A stretch of 64,000 bases of DNA, taken from the NCBI GenBank assembly GCA_963702205.1, contig OY969724.1, forward strand, positions 224,001-288,000. Direction: 5' to 3'. This stretch comes from an uncultured candidate division Zixibacteria bacterium. Lineage in GTDB: Bacteria; Zixibacteria; MSB-5A5; GN15; PGXB01. The notes below the pieces were generated by a model. It made no database searches and was not told where the DNA came from. It was given only the letters and a program-made list of their open reading frames with translations. The number at the start of each line of letters is the position of its first letter. Within the stretch, counting starts at the first letter, position 1. This document shows positions 51,834-61,889 of this stretch, in pieces. Position numbers and translations under genes: made by a program.

Positions 51834-53811
51834 TCATTTAAGCTTCGTGTTAAGCAGTCTCAACGAATTGAAAACCACCAACAGCGTGACGCCCATGTCG
51901 GCGAAGATAGCCATCCAGAGCGTCGCCATATCCAGCCAGGCGAGAATCATGAAAGTCGCCTTGATCAACAGGGCGAAAATAACATTCTGCTTGATCATAC
52001 CCATAACCCGCCGCGAATGTGCGATCAGCCACGGTATTCGGCTCAGATCATCGGACATGAGCGCGATATCGGCGGTTTCGATGGCCGCGTCGGTCCCGGC
52101 CGCACCCATGGCGATACCGACGGTAGCAGCGGCGAGCGCCGGTGCATCGTTAACGCCATCGCCGACCATAGCGACGTGCTTTCGCTCGTCGACAAGGTGT
52201 CGGATCAGTTCGACTTTATCGTCGGGCAGAAGTTCCGCTCGATACTCGTCGATTCCTGCCATCTCGGCAATAGTACGGGCCGCGGCTTCGATGTCCCCGG
52301 TAAGCAGGTACGGTTTTCTTGATGCCGAGAGTTTTAAGACGGGCGATGGCTTCGGCGGCGTCGGGACGAAGCATATCGGCCAGGCTAATCAGCCCGCAGA
52401 CGTGGTCGTCGTTGCCGACCGCTATCACAGATTGACCGGAATTTTCCAGCGAAGTGGCTTCGTTATGAAAATGCTCGTGCTCGGGAGCACGTTCGTGAAT
52501 GTAGCGGTGCGATCCAATCCAGTATTTTTTCTCGTTCATGACCGCTTCGGCCCCCTTGCCGCGAATGCTCTGAAACTCGGAGACGTCGTTGTACTTCACG
52601 CCGTCTTGATCGGCCCGGCGCACTATCGCGCGGGCGATGGGGTGTTCGCTGTACGATTCCAGCGAGGCGGCGTTGGCCAGGAGGTGTTCCGGCGTATGAT
52701 CTTCCAGCGGAAGAACTTCGCGAACTTCGAGCCGTCCCGACGTGAGCGTGCCGGTTTTGTCGAAGGCGATTACTTCAAGATGGGCGGGCGCCTCGAGGTA
52801 CACCGCGCCTTTCACCAGCACCCCCGCCCGGGCCGATGAGGCCAGTCCGGCCATGATGCTGACCGACGTTGACACCAACAGGGCGCAGGGGCAGGAAATG
52901 ACCAGCATCACCAGCGCGTTATAAAACCAGACATTAAACGACGCCGACGCCACCAGCGGCGGAATGGCCGCTACCAGTATGGCCCCGATCAACATCGCCG
53001 GAGTATAGTAGCGGGCGAATTTTTGTATCCATTGTTCTACCGGTGCGCGATGCGTCTGCGCTTCGGCCACTCGATGGATGATCCGCGCCAGCGTGGTGTC
53101 GGATGAGGTCCGGGTGACTTCGAATTCAAACGCCCCCTGATTGTTGACCGTCCCGGCGAAAACTTCATCGTCGATGTTTTTCTCGACCGGCACCGATTCG
53201 CCGGTGATGGGTGACTGATCGACCGACGTCGATCCGCTGGTTATTTTGCCATCGAGCGGGATTTTTTCACCCGGCAGGACGCGCACGGCTCGCCCGATTG
53301 AAACTTCTTCGACGCGCGTAATCGAGGTCTCGCCACCATCACCGATAACGCGCGCGGTGAGCGGTTTTAAATCCATCAGGGCGGCGACTGCGTTTTTGGC
53401 CCGCCCTACCGACCAGTTTTCCATGACCAGTGACAGGGCGTACAAAAAGGCAACCGTGGCCGCTTCTAAATAGTCGCCGATAGCAACCGCTCCAATGACG
53501 GCTATGGTCATCAGGACGGATACATCGGTCCGAAGTTTTTTGATTGAACCATAAAACGACGGCGCGACATGCCACCAGGCGGCGACAATGGCCAGAAGAT
53601 ACATGACGAGGCTGGCGGTCGGCATATTTTGGGAGAACAAAGCTCCGCCAAACCTGGCCCCGACGGCGTTGATCACGAACCCCGCCAGCAGGAATAACAG
53701 ACTGGCGGCGCAGAAAAACTCACGTTTGTATTTCAAAAGGCGCGTTTCGGGCGCGGTGGTTACATCGCAGTTGCAGCCGCAATCACAGGTATGGTCTTTA
53801 TTGGTCATCAT
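51834..53811 (-). pseudogene. Heavy-metal P1B-type ATPase (ZntA/CadA-like), frameshifted near 52307
   Basis: TGES, CPC, DKTGT and EHP in one frame; GDGVNDAP in another; removing one base restores KTVLLTGD. Confidence 0.85.
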
Positions 53812-53900
53812 CTCAAATATAACGTATTATCGGCCTTATTTTATACAATAAAAGCCCGGATATACCGGGCTGTCAGGATTAAAATCAGACATTTCCGGAT

Positions 53901-54116
53901 TTATTTGGGGGATTTGATCAGGCGGTCGATTATTAAAAAAGCCAGGGCCGCCCGATCGTTGCGGTTGAAATCGGCCTCAAGCACGTCGAGTTGCGCGTGC
54001 AGGCGGGCGGCACCGTCGCTGTCGCCCATGACCATATCGTACGCCGTCTTCAACTGCGTGGTATTTATGCAATATACCGACTCGCCCCCGGTTATTTCAA
54101 TCGGCTGCCGACTCAT
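53901..54116 (-). CDS. Small hypothetical protein
   Basis: ORF immediately after the iscA-like gene with GGA SD. Confidence 0.5.
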   Translation of the reverse strand: MSRQPIEITGGESVYCINTTQLKTAYDMVMGDSDGAARLHAQLDVLEADFNRNDRAALAFLIIDRLIKSPK

Positions 54117-54132
54117 AGCACTATCCGTCCCA

Positions 54133-54447
54133 TCAGGCCGCAAAGCTGGCTCCGCACCCGCACGATTTACTGGCGTTGGGATTGGTGAATTTGAAGCCGG
54201 CGTTGATGAGATCGTCGCTGTAATCGATATTCAGCCCGTCCAGATACAGCATGCTCTTGAATTCCGACACAATGCGGACGTCGTCTTTCTCGAACAGGAC
54301 CTCATCGGCGTCGGCCAGTACGGTATCAATGGCGGCGGCGTAGGTCATACCCGAACAACCGCCCGCGACGATAGAAATTCGCAGAAATTTTTCTTTGCCT
54401 ATTTCGAGTTTTTTTAGTTGCTCGACCGCTTTATCGGATACGTTCAT
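54133..54447 (-). CDS. HesB/IscA A-type Fe-S carrier
   Basis: GGCSG...NPNASKSCGCGASF. Confidence 0.93.
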   Translation of the reverse strand: MNVSDKAVEQLKKLEIGKEKFLRISIVAGGCSGMTYAAAIDTVLADADEVLFEKDDVRIVSEFKSMLYLDGLNIDYSDDLINAGFKFTNPNASKSCGCGASFAA

Positions 54448-54692
54448 ATTCACTTTTAACCACCTTTCCATTTTTGTTAGACTCCATGCACGACATTATA
54501 CGGGCCGTTCCGCCGGCATAATGGACTTTATTTGTCTATTATGCCGCGTGTCTTTAAACGAATATGGCGATTAAATGTTCCGAGTTCGTATCTATCGTGA
54601 AAGACTGCACAATTTCCCACAGATTGACCAATATATTGACAATTGGCGCTGTATCTGATATTTAGGGCAGGAAGGAAACGAAAAAAATTGAT

Positions 54693-55385
54693 ATGAACAA
54701 AGGCCTTCAAAAAATATACGCCGAAATACCGGGGACGTATGAGTTTCTCAACCATCTCCTGACGCTCGGGGTCGATGTCGTCTGCCGTAACCGGGCCGCC
54801 CGGATGGGCGCCGAAGGCGGCGGGGAGCGCTGGTTGGACGTCTGCACCGGCACCGGCGAACTGGCCCAGAAGCTCTATGATCTCAAGCAAAACGGGACGC
54901 AAGTCTACGGGGCCGATTTTTCCCTGCCGATGACTCGCCTGGCACGTCGTAAACCGGACGGAGATAAAATACAATTCGTCATCAGCGACGCCCGGTCCCT
55001 GCCATTCGAAGATAACTTTTTCGACCTCGTGACTATCTCGTTCGCCGTGCGCAATATCAATTCCACCGGCGGCGGTCTTCTCCCCCATTTTGCCGAGTTT
55101 TGCCGGGTGCTCAAACCGGGCGGGCGGTTTATCTGCCTGGAAACCAGCCAGCCGAAATACAAAGTCTTCCGCAAGATAATGCACCTGTATGTTAGTCTCA
55201 CCGTGGCCCAGCTCGGCGGTTTGATTTCCGGCTCGAAAGGCGGCTATAAATACCTGGCGTCGTCGATACCCCGCTTCTATAGCGCCGACCAGGTGGCGGA
55301 AATACTCCATAGCGCCGGATTTTCCGAAGTGTCATACAAACTGCCGTTTTTCGGAATCACCGCGATTCATAAAGCGATCAAATAA
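54693..55385 (+). CDS. ubiE: UbiE/MenG methyltransferase
   Basis: YEFLNHLLTLG, LDVCTGTG, RVLKPGG, YKYLASSI. Confidence 0.88.
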   Translation: MNKGLQKIYAEIPGTYEFLNHLLTLGVDVVCRNRAARMGAEGGGERWLDVCTGTGELAQKLYDLKQNGTQVYGADFSLPMTRLARRKPDGDKIQFVISDARSLPFEDNFFDLVTISFAVRNINSTGGGLLPHFAEFCRVLKPGGRFICLETSQPKYKVFRKIMHLYVSLTVAQLGGLISGSKGGYKYLASSIPRFYSADQVAEILHSAGFSEVSYKLPFFGITAIHKAIK

Positions 55386-55428
55386 TACTGTTGCCCTTAA
55401 GGCACTGCCGGTTATATAATCTACTGCC

Positions 55429-56106
55429 ATGACAAGTACCGAACTTTTGAAAAGCAGTTATCTCGGACGCGGTCTCAACGACGAAGAATTAAAAGCCATT
55501 GAGTCCATCGCATTGATCCGCAGTCTATCCAAAGGCGAAATGCTGTTCATGGAAGGCGACCCGGCTACGGGATTTTATATTTTGCTCGATGGTCAGGTAC
55601 GGTTGTACAAAGCATCGCCCGACGGCAAAGAATACACCCTTCACCAGATCAGGCAGGGACAAATATTCGCCGAGGTGGCGATATTCCACGGCAACAAATT
55701 CCCGGCCAACTGCGCGGCGCTGGATAATTCAACTGTCGCTTATTTCCCAAAAAACGATTTCGTGCGTCTGCTGGAAAGTTCGCCGCAGATTGCCCTTAAA
55801 ATTATCGGTTCGATGTCGGCCTTTCTGCGCGATTTCAACAATCAGATCGAACAGCTGTCACTCAAAGAAGTGCCCGCACGCCTGGCGGCGTTCATGCTCT
55901 CCGAAGCGGCGCGTGTCGGGAACAGTACGATTCATCTCGATATAACCAAAACCGAGCTGGCTAACCGTCTCGGGACGATCAGCGAGACGTTGTCGCGCAA
56001 CCTGCGCAAGTTCATGGACGCGGGGATAATCGAAGTCGATCATAAGAAGATAAAGATCACCGACCCCGATCGTTTGAGTGCCATAGCCGACGGAGAGAAG
56101 ATTTAG
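55429..56106 (+). CDS. Crp/Fnr-family regulator (HcpR/Dnr-like)
   Basis: cNMP domain plus HTH ELANRLGTISETLSR; no N-terminal Cys cluster. Confidence 0.92.
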   Translation: MTSTELLKSSYLGRGLNDEELKAIESIALIRSLSKGEMLFMEGDPATGFYILLDGQVRLYKASPDGKEYTLHQIRQGQIFAEVAIFHGNKFPANCAALDNSTVAYFPKNDFVRLLESSPQIALKIIGSMSAFLRDFNNQIEQLSLKEVPARLAAFMLSEAARVGNSTIHLDITKTELANRLGTISETLSRNLRKFMDAGIIEVDHKKIKITDPDRLSAIADGEKI

Positions 56107-56241
56107 AATTCATCGTTCCCCGGCTTTATGCAAATCCGAACATATGACATCTTTCTTGTCAAAACCCAGAAAAAGACTATATTTACAGAGGATTCGGCAG
56201 CACCCGAACCGCATTATTGCACCATCTTCGCCGGAGGGTAT

Positions 56242-58776
56242 ATGAAGGCCTTCTTTTCTTTAAAAATCATCTGCAGCATCATGCCTATGCTTTTTCTGCT
56301 GACAAACACGAATTCATATGGGCAGACCTCTTTTGGGGAACACCAAAAGCAGGGCAAAAGTATCGCCGATTTTATGACGGCTGACGGTCGTTTTGATTTG
56401 GCTGCGGCGCGTCTGTCCGGTTACCAGGGAGAGTTGGATATGGATGGTTTGACACCGTTGATTGATCCGACTACGGGCGAGCCTGTGTTCGCGCCTATAA
56501 CATCCAATGAAAAGTTCGACCATCCAGATGATGTGTATTGGGACAATAGCATTTCGCCTTGCATTCCCGGAGTCGATGGAGATATAAATGCGATGGCGAT
56601 ATATAATAATTCTCTGATTATGGGTGGCAATTTCAGTGTTGCCGGTTGCATCATTGCCAACAACATTGCCTCCTGGGACGGAAGCAGTTGGTCAGCATTG
56701 GGATCAGGGACAGACGGCTATGTCTCGGCCCTAATTGTATACGACGGTAGTCTGATCGCGGGAGGTTACTTCACCTACGCAGGCGGAACCAGTACCAATT
56801 ATATTGCCTCATGGAATGGGACAAGTTGGTCAGGCGTGGGGTCGGGGATGAACAGCCTGGTTACAGGATTGACCATATATGACGGTAATTTGATTGCGGG
56901 AGGCTACTTTACCACTGCGGGGGGGACAAGTGCCAATAAAATTGCCTCATGGAATGGGGCAACCTGGTCACCCTTGGGATCTGGAATGTATGGTCAATAC
57001 TACCCGTATGTGTCTTCCCTAACAATTTACAACGGCAATTTGGTTGCCGGAGGAAGATTTTCGACTGCGGGAGGAACCAGTGCCAATTGCATTGCCTTAT
57101 GGAATGGCTCGATCTGGTCACCTTTGGGGTCCGGGATAAATGGCGAAGATAACCCTTATGTATCTTCTCTAACCGTATACGACGGGAATCTGATGGCAGG
57201 CGGAAAATTCACCACGGCGGGCGGAACCAGTGCCAATAATATTGCCTCATGGAATGGGACGACATGGTTACCCCTGGGGTCGGGGATGAATGGAGGATAC
57301 GATCCCTATGTCTCTTCCCTAACCGTATATAATGGAAATCTAATCGCAGCTGGAGGGTTTATCACGGCCGGAGGAACTGTTGCTAATTGTATTGCCATAT
57401 GGAATGGAACCACCTGGCTGACTATGGGATCCGGGATGAATTACTATGTCTTGACTCTAATTGTCTACGACGGTAATCTGATGGCAGGCGGAAAATTCAC
57501 CACGGCGGGCGGAACCAGTGCCAATTGTATTGCCTCATGGAACGAGACGACATGGTCCTCTTTAGGACCTGGGATTAATGATCAGGTAAATGCATTGATT
57601 GTCTATGAAGATAAATTGATTATTGGAGGTCGCTTTGCTTCTGCTGCAGATGGAGACTTCAACCACATTGTATCCTGGGACGGTTCCACTTGGTCGCAGC
57701 TTGGTACAGGTTTGAATGGCGAAGTTCTTGCATTGGCCATATATGATAACCTTCTTATTGTAGGCGGAGACTTTTCTTTGGCAGGTGGTATTCCGGCGAA
57801 TTATATCGCCGCATGGGATGGTTCTTCATGGTCCCCTCTTGGAGGAGGTTTTAATGGTAGTGTCCGCGCAATCTGTGAATATGACAGCAAGATGATAGCC
57901 GGCGGCAGTTTTGATGCAGCCGAGGGTAATCCTGCTAACCTGATTGCATCGTGGGATGGGAGTAGCTGGTCGCCGTTGGGATCGGGCATAGGCGGTACGC
58001 CGTATTCAAAAGTCTCTGCCTTGACCAACTATGAGGGGAAGTTGATAGTCGGAGGGTATTTTACTTCCGCAGGCGGAAGCCCCGCCAATTCCATTGCGTC
58101 ATGGGACGGCTCTTCCTGGGCATCTCTTGGAACGGGAATGGGTCCGGTTGCAGGATATCCAACCGTAGATGCATTAACGGTTTTTAATACCGACTTGATT
58201 GCTAACGGGTGGTTCAACTCGGCCGGAGGGATTTATGCCTATTGCATTGCCAAATGGAACGGCATTTCATGGTCAGCTATGGGAGAAAGTTTGGACATAG
58301 ATGGCTACGCCATGGCTGTTTATGATGGGAAACTAATTGCAGGAAGTGATACTGCCTGGGGTGAATCAAATCTGTATATTTCTGCCTGGAAGGACACGTT
58401 TTGGTCAAAACTTGGCTCCGGGATGAATGAATGGACTTATGCGTTGGCCGTCTATCAGGGAAAACTGGTAGCAGGAGGTGCTTTTACTATTGCTGGCGGC
58501 AAGGTTTCCGCCTTTCTCGCCCAATGGACAAAATCTTCTTGTTGTCAGGATTGGGGTCTTCCCGGCGACGCCAACAGCGACAATGCCGTCAACCTTCTGG
58601 ATATACTGTACCTAATCGCCTATAAGTACAATACGCCGCCCGGGCCGGGTAATCCAGAAGGATGTGATGAGCTTTTGGATGCCAATGGCGATCACGCAGT
58701 GAATCTTTTGGACATATTATATATAATTGCCTACAAATATGAAAGTCCTCAGGGTTCGGCTCCGGTTTGTCCGTAG
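56242..58776 (+). CDS. Secreted beta-propeller repeat protein with dockerin-like tail
   Basis: Many ~45-50 aa repeats YDGNLIAGGxFTTAGG..ANxIASWNGxx[25 protein letters not shown]. Confidence 0.85.
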   Translation: MKAFFSLKIICSIMPMLFLLTNTNSYGQTSFGEHQKQGKSIADFMTADGRFDLAAARLSGYQGELDMDGLTPLIDPTTGEPVFAPITSNEKFDHPDDVYWDNSISPCIPGVDGDINAMAIYNNSLIMGGNFSVAGCIIANNIASWDGSSWSALGSGTDGYVSALIVYDGSLIAGGYFTYAGGTSTNYIASWNGTSWSGVGSGMNSLVTGLTIYDGNLIAGGYFTTAGGTSANKIASWNGATWSPLGSGMYGQYYPYVSSLTIYNGNLVAGGRFSTAGGTSANCIALWNGSIWSPLGSGINGEDNPYVSSLTVYDGNLMAGGKFTTAGGTSANNIASWNGTTWLPLGSGMNGGYDPYVSSLTVYNGNLIAAGGFITAGGTVANCIAIWNGTTWLTMGSGMNYYVLTLIVYDGNLMAGGKFTTAGGTSANCIASWNETTWSSLGPGINDQVNALIVYEDKLIIGGRFASAADGDFNHIVSWDGSTWSQLGTGLNGEVLALAIYDNLLIVGGDFSLAGGIPANYIAAWDGSSWSPLGGGFNGSVRAICEYDSKMIAGGSFDAAEGNPANLIASWDGSSWSPLGSGIGGTPYSKVSALTNYEGKLIVGGYFTSAGGSPANSIASWDGSSWASLGTGMGPVAGYPTVDALTVFNTDLIANGWFNSAGGIYAYCIAKWNGISWSAMGESLDIDGYAMAVYDGKLIAGSDTAWGESNLYISAWKDTFWSKLGSGMNEWTYALAVYQGKLVAGGAFTIAGGKVSAFLAQWTKSSCCQDWGLPGDANSDNAVNLLDILYLIAYKYNTPPGPGNPEGCDELLDANGDHAVNLLDILYIIAYKYESPQGSAPVCP

Positions 58777-58888
58777 TGACCAAGGAAATATTTTATCTTC
58801 AAACGCCGTCGGGAACCACTTCCCGATGGTTTTTCATGTTTACAAAGATATTTCCTTAATTTCTCCGGATATCTGAATTTTTGCAATT

Positions 58889-58906
58889 CTTTGACTTCAG
58901 TCAAAG
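58889..58906. promoter_or_regulatory. Fnr-type box TTGAC-N4-GTCAA
   Basis: CTTTGACT-TC-AGTCAAAG palindrome 62 nt upstream of the operon start. Confidence 0.7.
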
Positions 58907-58968
58907 ACTAATTCTGTCCATTTTCCGATAATTGTCGCGTAACCAATAATAGTTGACGGAGGCGGAAA

Positions 58969-59748
58969 ATGGCGGTCAGACAAATTATCACGATAGACGA
59001 AGGAAAATGCGACGGCTGCGGAGTGTGTGTCTTCGCCTGCGCCGAGGGAGCGATACAGGTAATCGACGGCAAGGCACGGCTGGTTAGCGAAACCTACTGC
59101 GATGGGCTCGGGGCCTGCCTCGGCGAATGTCCGCAGGACGCGATTCATATGGAAGAGCGCGAAGCGGCTGAATATGACGAAACGGCGGTGGAAAATCATT
59201 TGAACCGGCTCAATGCCGCCTCTTTGCCCAAAGCCTCCCATCCCAACCCGGAACTTCAGCAGATTCACACGGGTCAATCCTGCCCCGGTTCGGCGATGCG
59301 GACTTTTGGTGTTTCAGCGACAACGGCGGCAATGGCCGTCGACAGCGCCAGCGGCTTGCAACAGCAATCACAGCTGCGCAACTGGCCGGTGCAGCTATAC
59401 CTCGCCCCGACTCAAGCGCCATATTTTGACAAGGCCAATCTTTTAATCGCCGCCGATTGTGTCCCGTTCGCGCTGGCCAATTTCCACGGGCAGTTTCTGG
59501 CCGGAAAGACGCTTCTGATCGGCTGTTCCAAACTGGACAACGTCGAGCTGTATTTGACTAAGCTGACCGAAATATTCGCCGGCAATGATATCAAGTCGGT
59601 CGAGATCGCCTTTATGGAAGTCCCCTGCTGTTTCGGTCTTATGCAGATAGTACTAAGAGCGCTGCAAAACGCGCAAAAGAATATCCCCGTCGCGCTGGTT
59701 AAAATCGGCCTGCGCGGAGAGATACTTGAAAAGAGAAACACATTATAA
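58969..59748 (+). CDS. 4Fe-4S ferredoxin-domain protein
   Basis: CDGCGVC...C, CDGLGACLGECP, CPGS, AADC, EVPCC. Confidence 0.88.
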   Translation: MAVRQIITIDEGKCDGCGVCVFACAEGAIQVIDGKARLVSETYCDGLGACLGECPQDAIHMEEREAAEYDETAVENHLNRLNAASLPKASHPNPELQQIHTGQSCPGSAMRTFGVSATTAAMAVDSASGLQQQSQLRNWPVQLYLAPTQAPYFDKANLLIAADCVPFALANFHGQFLAGKTLLIGCSKLDNVELYLTKLTEIFAGNDIKSVEIAFMEVPCCFGLMQIVLRALQNAQKNIPVALVKIGLRGEILEKRNTL

Positions 59749-59761
59749 TACGGGTGTCGAA

Positions 59762-60991
59762 ATGAGTGAATTAATCAATAATGCACAAAAGCGCCGCGAG
59801 CTTCTGAAACACATGATTCTGAAGCTGCACGACGGCGAAGCCCCAGACGCGGTCAAAAACCAGCTGGTGCACCTTCTGGGCAAGATACCGTACGGCGACG
59901 TGGTCGAAGTGGAACAGGAGCTTATTTCCGATGGGCTGCCGCAGGAAGAAATTCTCAGCCTGTGCGACATACACAGCGCCGTCCTCAAGGGCAATCTCGA
60001 CCAGACCGGCGCCAAAGATGTCCCGCCGGGGCACCCGGTCGATACATTCAAGAAAGAAAATCACGGTCTCGAATGGGAAATAAGCACCCTGCGCAAGCTG
60101 TTTGCCGAAATCAAACCGATCATGTCCGATGAAGACGCCCGGGATCTTTTTAACAATATCAGGTCGCACGTACACTCCCTGTGCGACGTCGACAAACACT
60201 ATCAGCGCAAAGAAAATCTGCTTTTCCCATATCTCGAAAAACACGGGATCAGCGGTCCGCCGACCGTCATGTGGGGCAAGCACGATGAGACAAGAGCATT
60301 CCTGAAAGCGGCAGTGGAGGCGCTTCGAATGTCTGAAGGCATTTCAACCGATGAACTCTCCGCCTTATGCGAGTTGACCCTGTCACCGGCGGTCGATGCG
60401 GTCGAAGAGATGATCTTCAAAGAGGAAAACATCCTCTTTCCGATGTGCTTGGATGCCCTGACCGACGATGAATGGTACAATATATATAAACAAAGCATCG
60501 AAATCGGGTTTTGCCTGTACGATCCGCAGGATAAATGGCAGCCGGAGGGGGTGAACATAGAGGATTCGGGTGAAACATCGGGCAAAATACAACTTCCCAG
60601 CGGAGCCTTTAATGTCACCGAACTGACGGCCATGCTCAACACCATACCGTTCGATTTGACCTTCGTCGACAAAGACGACACCGTCCGCTATTTCACGCAG
60701 AGTCGTGAAAGAATTTTCGCCCGCAACCGGGCTATACTGGGACGTAAGGTACAACTGTGCCACCCGCCGTCGAGCGTGCATATCGTCCAGCAGATTCTGG
60801 ATGACTTCCACGGCGGGAAGCAGAGCCGCGCTTCCTTCTGGATCGAGATGAAAGGCCGGTTCCTGAGTATCGAATATTTCGCGCTGCGCGGCGAGGGCGG
60901 TGAGTACCTCGGGACGCTCGAAGTAAGCCAGGACCTGACCGAGAAACGGGCTCTCACCGGCGAGCAGAGGCTTTTGAACTATGCCGACTAA
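59762..60991 (+). CDS. DUF438 / hemerythrin / PAS domain protein
   Basis: LCDIH, GHPVDTFKKEN, HYQRKENLLFP, MWGKHD, CHPP. Confidence 0.88.
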   Translation: MSELINNAQKRRELLKHMILKLHDGEAPDAVKNQLVHLLGKIPYGDVVEVEQELISDGLPQEEILSLCDIHSAVLKGNLDQTGAKDVPPGHPVDTFKKENHGLEWEISTLRKLFAEIKPIMSDEDARDLFNNIRSHVHSLCDVDKHYQRKENLLFPYLEKHGISGPPTVMWGKHDETRAFLKAAVEALRMSEGISTDELSALCELTLSPAVDAVEEMIFKEENILFPMCLDALTDDEWYNIYKQSIEIGFCLYDPQDKWQPEGVNIEDSGETSGKIQLPSGAFNVTELTAMLNTIPFDLTFVDKDDTVRYFTQSRERIFARNRAILGRKVQLCHPPSSVHIVQQILDDFHGGKQSRASFWIEMKGRFLSIEYFALRGEGGEYLGTLEVSQDLTEKRALTGEQRLLNYAD

Positions 60992-61001
60992 GGGGGACAA
61001 A

Positions 61002-61529
61002 ATGAGCAAAACAGTCGACATAACCCCCGACACGAAAATCGGGACCCTGCTTGATATGTATCCCCAACTGGAAGACGTACTGCTCGCCATGTCGCCGTCG
61101 TTTGCGAAACTCAAAAACCCGGTGCTGCGCCGGACGGTGGCCAAAGTGGCTACGGTACGTCAGGTCGCGAAAGTTGGCAACCTGCCTTTGGGAAAACTGG
61201 TCAACGATCTCAGAAAAGCGGTCGGTCAGGATCAGATGGGTATCGGTACTGAAAGTAGTACGGATGCAGCCAGGCGCCCCGACTGGATGGATGAAAGACA
61301 AGTGAACGCGTCTTTCGATGCCCGCGTAATGATAAACGCCGGTCAGCAACCGCTCGGGCGAATCTTCGAGGGGCTGAACGGCCTGCAAAACGGACAAATC
61401 TTTGAACTGACAACACCATTCGTGCCGAGCCCGATAATCGAACTGGCGGATAATAAGGGGTTTAAAAGCTGGACGGTACGTGAAGACGATGAAATCTTCA
61501 AGACATATTTTACAAAGGACAGATCATGA
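61002..61529 (+). CDS. DUF1858 domain protein
   Basis: ITPDTKIGTLLDMYP...FAKLKNPVLRRT; C-terminal FVPSPI. Confidence 0.8.
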   Translation: MSKTVDITPDTKIGTLLDMYPQLEDVLLAMSPSFAKLKNPVLRRTVAKVATVRQVAKVGNLPLGKLVNDLRKAVGQDQMGIGTESSTDAARRPDWMDERQVNASFDARVMINAGQQPLGRIFEGLNGLQNGQIFELTTPFVPSPIIELADNKGFKSWTVREDDEIFKTYFTKDRS

Positions 61530-61873
61530 CAGACGATAAAACCAAAGCATCGGGGCAGCTTGAAGGCGCCAAACGGTACAATCCGGCGAAGATGGTAGAT
61601 TATGCCGAGGGATCGGTCGTATCGCGGACGTTGGTCAAGAACGCAGCCGGGACGATCACTCTGTTTTCTTTCGATGAAGGTCAGAACTTGAGCGAGCATT
61701 CGGCGCCGTTCGATGCGGTCGTGCACATCCTTGAAGGCACCGTCGAGCTGGTAATCGGCGGCAATTCAGTGCACGCCGAGCAGGGCGAAATGGTCCTGAT
61801 GCCCGCCAACGTCCCGCACGCCGTCAAAGCCAACCAGCGGTTTAAGATGTTACTAACCATGTTACGGGGATAA
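61526..61873 (+). CDS. Cupin domain protein
   Basis: LSEHSAP...MPANVPHAV. Confidence 0.9.
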   Translation: MTDDKTKASGQLEGAKRYNPAKMVDYAEGSVVSRTLVKNAAGTITLFSFDEGQNLSEHSAPFDAVVHILEGTVELVIGGNSVHAEQGEMVLMPANVPHAVKANQRFKMLLTMLRG

Positions 61874-61889
61874 ATACAGGAATCGTGCC

